A stretch of DNA of 64,000 bases from positions 35,693 to 99,692 of the IMG/VR virus record IMGVR_UViG_3300007863_000001. One strand, given 5' to 3'. Shown here piece by piece: positions 10,301 through 21,500 of the stretch; position 1 is the stretch's first letter; each line of letters starts with the position of its first letter. This DNA comes from a virus. The translations under genes were made by a program, and so were the position numbers. The notes beneath the pieces are model-generated. The model was not told where the DNA came from and did not search any database. It worked only from the letters and a program-made list of their open reading frames with translations.

Positions 10301-12569
10301 TGTTTCTAGAACAGACGATACCAAAGTACTATTTACAGTTGGTGGTGGTGCTACATTAGCATCAACACCTTCACCCCATATTGGATCTGGTGTTCTATTC
10401 AACTTTGTTAGTGCAGACGAAAGTAAAACATTCAGGCACATTTCTGATGACAGCACTGGACTCAGAATTTCTGGTGAAGTATCAGACCTTGCAAGTACCG
10501 TTGATGAAGTTGGTGTTGGAAGACTATTTGCTGCAACAGGTGCTGCAGAAACCTTTGGTGCAAATCCGTTCATACCACCCGCATTATTCAGATTCAAGAG
10601 TGGTTCAACAGAGAGTTTCACCCCAGCACCAGAAATTGGTACAGGGATTGTTTCACCAAGAAGATCTTCTGCAATCTTCGACCCAGAAGAGAAGATTCGT
10701 CTGGTCGGTGCGACAGAATCTACTACCACTAATCTTGATATTCCAGCATCTGGATTTAGTATTAAGGCACCTCCAGTTAGAATCTACTTCCAATATGGAG
10801 AGATAGGTGGTGGCAGATTAACACTTAGTGGTGAAGCATTTATTAGAACCAACCCAAGACACTTTGGTGATGGTAGATTTGCTATTAATGGTATTGGTAA
10901 TGAAGCAATTGTACCATTTATTCCACCTGGTTCTGGTTCACTATTCTCATTTGTCAATGGTGATGAATCAACTACACCTGCGACTCATATTGGGCAAGGC
11001 AATCTATTCAGACCTCGCGGTCAAGCATTCGCTCAATTCCCAAGAGGATTTACTGGTAATGGTCTGATAAGAGTCAATGTTGAAACTGGAATCATAGTAA
11101 TTTGGGATTACCCAGTCAATCTAACAATTCCTGTTAGAGGTGAGTCTGATAATGCAATCACATATGATTATAATGGATCTGGTAAATTTACCATTTCAGA
11201 TGAGTCTGCTAACTACTTTGCTAATAGGTTCTTCTCATTCTCTGGTGGATTCAGCATACTTGGCAATGCAAGAGTTCGTACTCCTAGAGCTCACAGTGGT
11301 TCTGGTACATTATTTGCATTCGATAGTTCTGCTGAAAATACTGGAGCAAATCCACCAGATAGAACTCTACCAATTAGACTCATTGGTACTGCTAATGAGT
11401 CTAAGACTGAAATCTTTAATGGTTCTGGATTTATTACTTCTGCAGAGAAGAGAGCAGAAAGAGTACTTCGTTATACTGGTCTTTCTTCACCACAAATTTC
11501 ACAGTATGCAAATACTCCAATTAGTGATATTTCTGATGAAGTTATTTCAGAATTCCTACAAGAGGGACTACTTGAAGAGTACGCATTAGCAAGTGCCAAT
11601 GAATCCTTTGTTTCTGCACCTCCAACTAAGGATAGTGCAATCACAATTGAAGGTTCTCGTGAAAATGAGAATGCATCATCTGATTATGTTGGTTCTGGAT
11701 CTCTATTCACATTCGATAGTTCTTCGGAATCTACTCTATACAGTCCAATTGGTGAAATTACTCTCTTCGAGTTTGAAGGCAATCTTGAAGAATCAAGAGC
11801 ATTCAGTTACTCGGAAAAAACACAAGGACTATTTGGGAAGGATACCAATCTTCCAAAACCATTTGGTCAGCAATTTGTATTTGGTTCTGCATATGTGGTT
11901 TCCACATCAGCAGAAGAATCGAAAGACAAGGCATTTGAGTTTAATGGTGGTATTTCTACAGAAATATTTGCTCCTGCAAACAAAGCAGAAGGTGGATTAT
12001 TCGGATTCAATTCATCCACAGAATCCGTACTCTACAGTCCAATTGGTGAAATTACTCTCTTCGAGTTTGAAGGAAATTCGGACGAAAGTATAACAGCAGT
12101 TAATATTGGTTCTGGTTCACTCTTCGGATTTGTAAGTAGTGCAGAGTCTGCTCTCGTAGAACCACCATTAGAAACTTTACTTCTCAATATTACTGGTTCT
12201 GCAGCAGAAAGAATTACTCCTGCACCACATTCTGGTTCTGGAACAGTATTCGCATTTGTTGGTTCAGCAGAAAGCAAGACTTCAGCAGAAGATAAGAAAG
12301 TACTCTTCAGATTCAACATTGAAGGTGTTGAACGTAGTGTATCTGTATTTGAAGGTTCGGGAACAATCACTTCGTTTGTTGGTTCCGCAAATGCAGTTAC
12401 ATTCGATTATCCACTCACTCAAAAGATTCTCAAAATATTTGGAACCAAATTGGAATCTTTCGCAAGAGCAAATTACGATGGAGAATGTACAACAGAATTT
12501 GTTGGTGCATCAGGTGACAAAGTTGTAGAATTTGAGTCACCAAAACCAACCAGACTCTATATCATCTAA
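7374..12569 (+). CDS. 1731-aa periodic repeat structural protein
   Basis: Dozens of ~20-22 aa units GxGxLFxFxGxAxE plus acidic (D/E)D(F/Y)G loops; late promoter; structural gene context. Confidence 0.7.
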   Translation: MAVYTHTTESQSIFQIQTPTFAIESGSFAYNQDSGLYITIVDYGDILDGIDAEIDSGNIFENISYIEDYGDILAETDPAFGKIDTLDSKSITKFALGHIGGGIIFALQGGSVSSFSNAYIGYDGNIFDINDSSELAFSYGHIGSGELSTIIGAAERVTSSFNISSVALFALEDYNLISESAVEAEDYEYISNDIIKLFEDYNTITITSQDNPFGLFRVAGDASRFTRFSLTTNDPITQAIQYHGTGNEAIVPFIPPGSGKFGISGGLSKESFTPSTEIGSGTISNFVTKEERASFSYNQSAQNFLTDEDFGFISESSPTISSYANTQISTLANEIVSTFTVAGNIDSDDFGIISELVNRPDSEDFGLITSQDDKPFGLFRFEGDTSKTVTFILTANPEGGSLFGFGGGAEAVVPVIPLKSGLFNFFGTAEERITPAPAVGTGSLFNFISKEERRTFSYNGSSVVEQDDIDFGFVSEAHVDQDDFGIISELVNRPDSEDFGFISTVQNRPYGSLRFEGDNAKTTRIRLRYPGSGRLFAASGSAETFGTKEEAKVLFRFAGDSTQSASLGHIGSGSLFNIITTDKSRTFSYNGSSVTGTRIDDYRLINESAVEFEDYGTVTDFPESGIYDTITYHQEDYGLISVPVGESRRPFGRFRFAGNLEESTTPTTEIGSGSLFGFVGSAESSGAKEEVSTLFTFAGAVTQSFTPAPAVGTGSLFNFISKEERRTFSYNGSSVVTQDDIDFGFISEAHSDQDDFGIISELVNRPDSEDFGFISTVQSRPFGRFKFTGDASKGVRFRVRTSGGGSLFAFGGGNEATVPFIPARFVLFAVAGAVTQSFTPAPEIGTGTLFNFVTKEERRTYSYNGSSVVTQEDIDYGFINDIAVTPSPSISTYASTPISDIADEVVSTFGVVGDYDDYGSIGEIVNAPGSADYGILDSVDKRPFGGFRFSGKLTEKYTPDYPGSGSLFGFDGSGEVVSRTDDTKVLFTVGGGATLASTPSPHIGSGVLFNFVSADESKTFRHISDDSTGLRISGEVSDLASTVDEVGVGRLFAATGAAETFGANPFIPPALFRFKSGSTESFTPAPEIGTGIVSPRRSSAIFDPEEKIRLVGATESTTTNLDIPASGFSIKAPPVRIYFQYGEIGGGRLTLSGEAFIRTNPRHFGDGRFAINGIGNEAIVPFIPPGSGSLFSFVNGDESTTPATHIGQGNLFRPRGQAFAQFPRGFTGNGLIRVNVETGIIVIWDYPVNLTIPVRGESDNAITYDYNGSGKFTISDESANYFANRFFSFSGGFSILGNARVRTPRAHSGSGTLFAFDSSAENTGANPPDRTLPIRLIGTANESKTEIFNGSGFITSAEKRAERVLRYTGLSSPQISQYANTPISDISDEVISEFLQEGLLEEYALASANESFVSAPPTKDSAITIEGSRENENASSDYVGSGSLFTFDSSSESTLYSPIGEITLFEFEGNLEESRAFSYSEKTQGLFGKDTNLPKPFGQQFVFGSAYVVSTSAEESKDKAFEFNGGISTEIFAPANKAEGGLFGFNSSTESVLYSPIGEITLFEFEGNSDESITAVNIGSGSLFGFVSSAESALVEPPLETLLLNITGSAAERITPAPHSGSGTVFAFVGSAESKTSAEDKKVLFRFNIEGVERSVSVFEGSGTITSFVGSANAVTFDYPLTQKILKIFGTKLESFARANYDGECTTEFVGASGDKVVEFESPKPTRLYII
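8671..9707 (+). repeat. intragenic direct repeat (~220 bp; 8671-8891 and 9487-9707; partial third copy ~8417-8470)
   Basis: Near-identical DNA, offset 816 nt (in frame). Confidence 0.9.
11739..12073 (+). repeat. 41-bp exact direct repeat (11739-11779 and 12033-12073)
   Basis: tacagtccaattggtgaaattactctcttcgagtttgaagg twice, encoding YSPIGEITLFEFEG. Confidence 0.9.
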
Positions 12570-12605
12570 ATACCATTATAGAAGTAGTGTGTCTTTATTT
12601 GTTAG

Positions 12606-15452
12606 ATGTCTAATAACGCTAAACGGGTTTTATTTAGGAAGGGGACAACTTCCGATCACCAGTTATTTACTGGGGCAAGGGGGGAAATAACTGTAGATGT
12701 CACTAGAAATATTGCAATTGTTCATAATGGAATTACCACTGGTGGTCATGAACTCGTAGGTGTTGCTGCAACTGGACAATCAATAACAAATAAAGATTCA
12801 ATTGGTATAGGAACAGCAATAGCAGATTCTGCACTGACTGTAGAAGGAGATGCAAGAGTTAGTGGAATAGTCACTACAAATAGTTTAGACGCCGTTAATA
12901 TACTTGTAGGTATATTAACGGGAACAGACAATAATATCATATCATTATCTACTAGCATCATTCCCAATGTAAATGAAACTTATGATTTAGGAAGTTTAAC
13001 AAATAGATTTCGTGATTTATATTTAAGTGGGAATACATTAAAACTAGGTGATGCATCTTTTTCATCATCTTCAGAGACACTAAGTCTTTCTGGTGTGGGA
13101 CTTGGAGTTAGTCATCTTAATGCAGAATCACTTAATATTACTGGTATTGCAACATTTCAACATGTTGATCTTAATAATGTAAGTGTTGTTGGTGTTTCTA
13201 CATTTATTGGAACAACAGAAGTTAAGGACTCATCATTCAAAGTTACAAATTCTAGTGCATCAGGTCATTATTTACAAATAACTCAAAATGCTAATGATTC
13301 ATTAAATCTGGACAAGGTTGGTGATGGTGCCTTTTTCATTGGGGGAAATAACATATACCTCAAGAATGATGGAAATAATGAAGTTTATGCTGGTTTTGAA
13401 GCAAATAGTAGATCATATTTAAATTATGATGGTTCTACCAAACTTGAAACCACTGCCTCTGGTATTGATGTAGATGGTCATACTGAACTTGATAACGTAA
13501 ATGTATCTGGTGCTACAACTACTGCATCGTTAAATGTAACTGGAACATCATTATTTCAGGGAAATGTTGATTTAAGTGATAATGTAAATCTTAGGATAGG
13601 AACAGGAAATGATTTACAATTATATCATGATTCAAATAACAGTTATATAAGCAATATAGTTGGAAATCTCTATATTACAGATAATGGTGGAAGTATTTTT
13701 GTACAACCACAAAGTGGAGAAAATTCTGCAGTATTTAATGGAAACACTAGTGTAGAACTTTATTATAATGGTGCTAAGAAATTTGAGACTTCAATCGCAG
13801 GTGTAGGCGTAACTGGTAATTTGGTAGTCACGGGTAATGTTGTTGCAACAACATTAAGTGGTAGTCTACCGACAACTGATCTTGCTGGAACTATTGCCAA
13901 TACACAACTAGCAGGTTCTATACCATATGCCAAACTACAGAACGTAAGTAATACCAGTAGAATTCTTGGTAGAGATAGTGCTGGTGCTGGTGTAATTGAA
14001 GAAATAACACCAGCAAATTTACGTACTATGCTTGGTATCGAAGCAGGTGCTACTGCGGATCAGACTAAAGCAGATATTGATGCGTTAAATATTAATGCCA
14101 GTACTTCTACCAAAGCATATGTAACAGAGAGTGATGGTGATACGGTTAATAGAGGTCTTGTTTTCTGTGACGCAGCAAATAATGCTAGTGGAAATAAAGA
14201 CCTGAAGTATGATAGGAATTTAACGTATAATGCAAGCTCTAATACACTTTATACCACTAAGTTTCAGGGAACTGAAGTAAACATATCAACAATTTCTCTT
14301 GGTGGATCAACTGGTACAAATGGGCAATATATCAAATCAACTGGTTCTGGTGCTACATGGTCACAAGTAGACGCTACTACATTAGGCGGTTTAAACCTTC
14401 ATACTGGTAGAAACGATGATGCCAATAAAGTTGTAAGAACCCAGGGCAATGGATACTGCGAATTCGGTTGGATCAATACAACATCCGGGGCACACACAAG
14501 CACAGTAACAAAGGTATATTCAACATATACAACTGACGGATATATCCGATATTGTACGCCAAATCATTTGGCAAATTCAATGACGAATGTATTACATTCT
14601 GATGCTGCTGATACTTTCTCTGGCGATTTAACATCCTCTGGTAGTGCTCGTATTCTTCTAAAGAAAACAGATAATAATGTTTCTGATCATATTATTTTCT
14701 ACAACGGAACCACAAGGATGGGTGAGATTGGATGCGAAGATACTACTTGGTTAAGAATTAATCAGGAAACTGATAAGAACATCTACACCCCTCGATACAT
14801 ACGTGCAGATGCTGGTTTCTTTGTTGATGGCACGACAAAAGGTATTAACGGTTCTGGTAACTTTATTGGAGGTACAATTGCAGGTGCTTCTGACTACGGA
14901 ACTCTCTTGAGATCAAATGCTGATGATTCAGCATCTGGAACTATTACTTTTAACGGTCGAGTAAACATCAGAGGTCACATAGATTTATCAGATAACGAAT
15001 ATCTCTATTTTGGAAGTGGTGATGATGTTGAGATGTTCTGTAATGGTTCACATATGTATATGGACCTTAACAGCGGAATCGGTAACTTCTACATCCGTGA
15101 TGGTTCAACAACACGTTTTACCTTTGATGATAATGGAAGTTTTACCGCTTCAAGTAACGTAACGGCTTATTCTGACATCACTCTGAAGAAAAACATTGAA
15201 GTTATTCCCAATGCCCTTGATAAGGTGATGCAACTACGTGGTATTACTTTTGATCGTAAAGATATTGAAACTTCACGTCAGTCAGGTGTGATTGCACAAG
15301 AGGTCGAGAAAGTTCTTCCTGAAGTAGTTGCCACCAACGATGAAGGTATAAAATCGGTTGCTTATGGTAATATGGTTGGTTTATTAATTGAAGCAATCAA
15401 AGAACAGCAGCAACAAATTGATGAATTGAAAAGAAAACTAGAAGAAAAATAA
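12606..15452 (+). CDS. tail fibre with Mtd-like N-terminus and C-terminal S74 intramolecular chaperone
   Basis: N-term RVLFRKGT..H..FTGARGEITVD; C-term YSDITLKKNI..ALDKVMQLRG..GVIAQEVE..LIEAIKE coiled coil. Confidence 0.85.
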   Translation: MSNNAKRVLFRKGTTSDHQLFTGARGEITVDVTRNIAIVHNGITTGGHELVGVAATGQSITNKDSIGIGTAIADSALTVEGDARVSGIVTTNSLDAVNILVGILTGTDNNIISLSTSIIPNVNETYDLGSLTNRFRDLYLSGNTLKLGDASFSSSSETLSLSGVGLGVSHLNAESLNITGIATFQHVDLNNVSVVGVSTFIGTTEVKDSSFKVTNSSASGHYLQITQNANDSLNLDKVGDGAFFIGGNNIYLKNDGNNEVYAGFEANSRSYLNYDGSTKLETTASGIDVDGHTELDNVNVSGATTTASLNVTGTSLFQGNVDLSDNVNLRIGTGNDLQLYHDSNNSYISNIVGNLYITDNGGSIFVQPQSGENSAVFNGNTSVELYYNGAKKFETSIAGVGVTGNLVVTGNVVATTLSGSLPTTDLAGTIANTQLAGSIPYAKLQNVSNTSRILGRDSAGAGVIEEITPANLRTMLGIEAGATADQTKADIDALNINASTSTKAYVTESDGDTVNRGLVFCDAANNASGNKDLKYDRNLTYNASSNTLYTTKFQGTEVNISTISLGGSTGTNGQYIKSTGSGATWSQVDATTLGGLNLHTGRNDDANKVVRTQGNGYCEFGWINTTSGAHTSTVTKVYSTYTTDGYIRYCTPNHLANSMTNVLHSDAADTFSGDLTSSGSARILLKKTDNNVSDHIIFYNGTTRMGEIGCEDTTWLRINQETDKNIYTPRYIRADAGFFVDGTTKGINGSGNFIGGTIAGASDYGTLLRSNADDSASGTITFNGRVNIRGHIDLSDNEYLYFGSGDDVEMFCNGSHMYMDLNSGIGNFYIRDGSTTRFTFDDNGSFTASSNVTAYSDITLKKNIEVIPNALDKVMQLRGITFDRKDIETSRQSGVIAQEVEKVLPEVVATNDEGIKSVAYGNMVGLLIEAIKEQQQQIDELKRKLEEK

Positions 15453-15543
15453 TAATCCATAAAAAATTTGACTTTTGGTAAAAAACACCAGAAAGAATAT
15501 TGATAAATAACAATATAGAAATCCGTTGTCAGTTGGTAAAGTA

Positions 15544-18500
15544 ATGGCAAATACGAAAAGAGTACAGTTTAGAAGAGGAACCGATGCTGAACACCAGGTG
15601 TTCACTGGTGCTCCTGGTGAAATAACTGTTAATACCTCTAATAATTCCATCCATGTTCATGATGGAGTTACTCCTGCGGGAGTAGCAGCAGCAAGGTCCG
15701 ACTTCAATAATGTGACTGCTGGTATTATTACTGGTTCTCTAAGAGTTGGTGGAGCAAATACACTGGGAACTCACAGTTATGAGATGACTGTTGGAGTGGG
15801 AGAAACTGCAGGTGTTATAATAGATGGTGGTGTAGATATTTACGGTAGTCAGAATATCGTAGGAAGTTCTACTATTACTGATGGAAATTTCTCTGTTTCT
15901 GGTGCGACTACAACCTCAAGTTGGGGAATGACGGTTGGTCATGGAACAACGGAAGTTATCATTCAGGGTAATGCAAGAATAACTGGTATTCTTTCTGTTG
16001 GTCAGAATACGATTTCTATTGATGGTAATACAAATAAAATTTCAGTTATTGATCTAGAATCTGAAACCATTACTTCTAACAACTTTAACTTTGTTAGTAT
16101 TGCACAAACTACATTTACTCACTCAACAGAAACTTCAGATATTGTTGCGATAGGGGGAACTATAATTCCTGTTGTTGGACTTAATACGGTTGCAGTTGGT
16201 GATTTTGTAACTATCAGTCCATATTTTACAAATGCTAAGGTAGTTGGAATTGGTTCAACTACAGTTACAACAAGTTTCACTAAGATAATTAAATTTACTT
16301 CTGTTGTAAATGATGTAGGTGTGGGTGCAACATCATTTGCAGTTGGAAATTTAGATGGCGTAATTGTTGGTAACAGTATAGATGTTGGTAATTTTATTTC
16401 TGGTGCATCTATTACTGGAATTTCATCCATAGCAACATCAACTACTAACACTGATTTAGAATTATTCTTAACTGTAACACAAGATGCAGATGCTGGAGCA
16501 ACTCAAATTGCAGTCGGATCTACTTCAGGTATTGGTGTAGGTAATTCTGTAACAACTGGTTCTGGTGGAACATCCTTTGTTGCAGATGGTGGCACAACAA
16601 CAGAAAGAATTACTGCTATAGGAACAATTCCAGTAGGGACAGTCAATGTAATTACAAATTCAACAAGTACTGTTGGAAGTGCTGGAACTGAAGGAGAACT
16701 ATCCATTGTTGGTGGTGGAACAACTTTCTTCGTAGATAGTGCAACTAAAATTGATACAGGTTATACTGTATTAATCTCAGGTGAGTCCGATAATACAGTT
16801 GCATCCGTTAATGTAAACACTGGTCTAATTACACTCTCAACTGGTGTATCCGGGGATGTTTTTTCAGGTACTGATGTAGATTTCACGAGAATAACTGTAG
16901 GATTTACTGATTCCGTTATAGGTTCTACTCAAGCAACAAATACAGCTAGTGCTGGTGCAAACTTAATCGAAGTTAATAGTGTTGAAAATGTATCTATTGG
17001 TAGTTCTGTATCAGTAATTACTGGTGATTTATCAACAGAATTATATTTCAGAAGAATTGCTGGTATTAATACGGTCACTCCATCAATTACCATTGATGGC
17101 ACTCTACCTTTTGATGTCGATGCAGCAACTACACTAGAATATACTGATAGATTAACAACTCTTCCAGCAATTACATTAGCTAATGGTGTTGGAGCTGCTG
17201 TAACTGCAAATGCAACTACACTTTCGGTTAGTAGTGCAGAGCAAAATTTTTCACCTTCTGTTTCTGTCAGTTCTGGTTCTACCGAGACAATTACCTCTGG
17301 AACACAAGTTTCAATTTCATCATTTACTAATAATGCAGATACAGTTTTAATTAGACCTGGTGCTGCATCAACTTCAGAAATTGCCTTAGCATCAACTATC
17401 GATTTCCGTCGTGAATCATCTTCCAATACAATTATCAATCCAGCATCATCAGAGATTGGTAATTTAAATGTTACTGGAATTGCAACACTTGGTGAACTAA
17501 CTTACCCAATGTTTGACGGTAAAGAGGGACAAGTTCTTCAGACAGATGGCAATGGAAATATTGTCTTTGGTGCTGGTGGTAATAGTGGTTCTGATACTAT
17601 TATTTTTGTATCGTCGGTAAATGGTAATGATGAGAATGACGGTATCTTACTGCCAGTTAAGTCAATCAAAAAAGGTGCTCAGTTAGCATCTAAAGTACAA
17701 AAAACAGAAGTCAGTGTTCTCGTAGAAACTGGTGAATATCTTGAAGATAACCCTATTATCGTTTATGATAATGTTTCTATTATCGGTGACTCACTAAGAA
17801 ACATTGTCGTAAGACCTTTAAATGCAGGTAAGGACTTATTTAAAGTTAGAAATGGTTGTTATATAACAGGCATGACTTTCAACGACTTCGTTGATGGTGA
17901 TACTAAAGTTCCTCAGCATACTTGGGATTATGCTATTGCATTTGATGATCCATTTGATACTAATTTAGACAGAACTGGATATGCATCAACAGAAATTCTA
18001 AAACTAACTAATGCAATTTATACCAAAGAAACTGGTATTACTACATTTACCACCGAAAAGAAACATGATTTCTATAGAGGTAATACTGCAAGAGTTGCTG
18101 GTATTGCATGGACTTGTGGTTATGATGAAGGTGGCATTAGAAATATTAACTATGACCACGTAAGTGGTGTTTCAACACTAACTTTCTATGGTGATGCAAA
18201 CTTCACTGCAAATAATGTTGGTGGAGCAACAAGTTCTAGTAAGTACTATTGGTCAGAAGGACAAAGATTATATCTCAATAACTTAATGTTTGAGTGTAGC
18301 CCAGAGCATATTGGGTTAACAACTGGAACATATCCATATCCTGGTCTAGATGACACATATGGTGCAGTTTATCCAATTACTGGTGTTAACACTGCAACTA
18401 AGCAAATTACAATTCAAGGTGGTGTAAGTACAATTCCTCACGTCTACAAGGCATGGGAATCTCTAGGTATTTCCACTTTTGAATATGATAACGTAAGTGG

Positions 18501-21500
18501 CATTTGCACAATTGAAACAAGATATAGGCATAATTTAAATGATAATGACAATATTACATTAGGTAATTTACCATTTACATGTTCAGCAGAGCATACTGGT
18601 GTTACAACACATGTATTCCCAGATGGAACTTTAAATACATTCAACCATGATGGTTATACGTTTAAGGTACGTTCCTCTGGTATAGCAGCATCTATCACTG
18701 GAGCAGATTATGATGGTGTAAGTGGAATCATGACGGTGACATCACCAAGTCACGGAATGTCAACTGGTGATGAACTTAGAATCGCAACTGAAGGAATATC
18801 ATTCACTTGTGACCAAGACGACAACCAACAACCATCTGCATATCCTCGTGCTACAGACCCAGCAGCAGGACAATGGTTATCTGTTACTGTTATTGACGCA
18901 AATACATTATCAGTTGATGTTGGAAATGCAGGAACCGCATCCACATCAGTTCACACTTACTCTAGTTCAACTGATTTCCCAATATCCCTCTTCCCAAATA
19001 AATTCACAGTAAATGCTGGAACATCAACAATTCCACATACTTATGAGGGATATGCACCAGAAAACATTTCTGGATTTACATATGATGCATACACTGGTAT
19101 TGCAACCGTAACAACAGCAGCAACACTAAATGCTGTTGCTGGTGAGCACATAAGTTTAGTTGGTCTTCAATTAACTTGCACAGACCAATCTCTGGGAATT
19201 ACGAAGGATATTACTTTCGCAGATTACGACCATATCTCTGGTGTAACTACAATCCATACCAAAAATGCACATGACTTAAAACTAGGAAGTAAGATTCATC
19301 TAGAAGATTTAAGATTTGAGTGTGATTATGGAATCAGTGTATATCCTAAAGGGGAATACTTCACACCAACTGATGTAAGTTACAACACGGCAAATGGTGA
19401 TTTAGTATTCACTATTGGATCTCACAGTCTTACTACTAATGATTACATCGATATTGCAGACAATTCCATTGCATTTACATGCACAATGGATGGTGGTCAA
19501 GAAGCTAAGACTTATCCAAGAGCAGGAATTGATCCATATGCTGGACGTTCCATACAAATCTCTGGAACAACTGCAACACAAATTACGGTAAATGTGGGTT
19601 CTGCAGGAACAGATGTTTACTTTACACCAACTGGTGCAACTTATGACCCATCTACTGGTGTCATGGAAGTCACAGTTGGACAGCACGGTTTAGGTGTTGG
19701 ACGTGGTGTTGTTCTAGAAGACAATTCTTTCACCTTCACTTGCCTAACTGATCCTAATGATCCTAAGACATATCCACGTTCTGGTCAGGACCCATTTGCA
19801 GGTAAGTCCATTCCTATCACATCTGTTGGTATGTCAACCCATACCGCAACAGATGCACCTTATAACGCAGGAACTGGAGCAATTACAGTTACAGTATCTG
19901 CTCATGGATTTGCAAATGGTGACTTTGTTCTTATCGAAGACGATTCACTAACATATAACTGTGTACTTGATGGTAATGTAGAGCAGAAGTCTTATCCAAG
20001 AAAGAATTATGACTATGCAAGTGGTAGATGGTTAAGAGTTTCAAATGTAACTACAAATACATTTGATATTAACATCGGTGCTTCTTCTTATGCTGGTGCT
20101 CATACCTTTATAAGTGCTTCATCAAATGGTGTTAAGAGACAAACAGGTACATTCACTCTTCAGGTTGGTACATCTTCTGATACCAGTGATCATACATTCG
20201 TAAGTGCAACTGCAAATGCAATTAAGCATGAACCACAAGCAGCACATACTTTCAATGCTGCTGCAAGTAACTTAACTAACGCAGTATCGACAAGTGGCAA
20301 GGATCTAAATGTATTATCTGTAATTAGTCCCAACAAATTTACAGTTAATGTTGGTGTTTCTACATTAGCACACACATACTTAGATAAAGGTGTTCTTAAC
20401 AGATACTATACACCTAAGAACAATGTAACTGCTGCAGATTATGACCACATTTCTGGTGTAACCACAATCACTGCACCTGGTTCATACTTTAACCCTGGTG
20501 AGATTATCTACCTAGATGGTATGACATTCTCATGTGCATACGGTACAGATACTTATCCATCAGGAAATCTTGGTTATGGATTCACTGTAACATCAGTAAC
20601 AAACAATGAATTTGATACTTTCACCTTCGTGTGTAATGTTGGTGTTTCTACATTAGCACATACTTATGTAAGTGGTGGTACAGTTCAGTCGGGAATTACA
20701 ACAACAATCTTCCCAGATGGAACATCATACCCAAGAGATGCATTTGAAGTTCTTACAGTAAATAATGCTACAGAAATAGAAATTCAAGTAGGTAAGTCAG
20801 ACATTCCACACACTTACATAAGTGGTGGTACTGCACAGGTTACTCCAATTACAAGGAAGGTTGGTACTGCACAGCAAGTACAATACTATCCAGAATTAAA
20901 TCGTAGTGGAAAAATCGACTTTGGTGTTGTTAACAGTCTCAATGATCTACAATTCTTAATACGTGGTGAGACTAACGAAAGAGATCACTTCTATACACAA
21001 GGTGGTCAAGTAGAATTATCTAAACCAAAGATTAACAAATCACCTTATATTCAGAATTGCTCAATTCTATCTTCTCTTGGTGGTAATGGTATTCTCGTTG
21101 ATGGTGATAAAATTATTTCCACAAATAGAGGTCTGATTCCCGAACTTGGTGAAATTCCAGTAGTTCTACCATCACCAGAATTTGGTAAGTCGATGGTTGC
21201 TGCAACCTTCACCATGATTTCATTTGGTGGTATTGGTTGGAGAACTATTAACGATGGTTATGCACAGGTTGTTTCTTGCTTCCAAATTTTCTGTGGATAT
21301 GGTTCCCTCTGTCAGTCTGGTGGTTATCTCTCCATCACGAACTCCGCAACTAACTTTGGTCGTTTCTCTCTAAGAGCAACTGGTTACAGCAGAAATTCAT
21401 TCGTATTCGATAGAGGAAGAGTTGTTAACACTGGTACTTCTGGTGGATTACAGACACTAAGAGTCGTTGGTCTAGGTAGAAGTGATCAGCAGTTATATGT

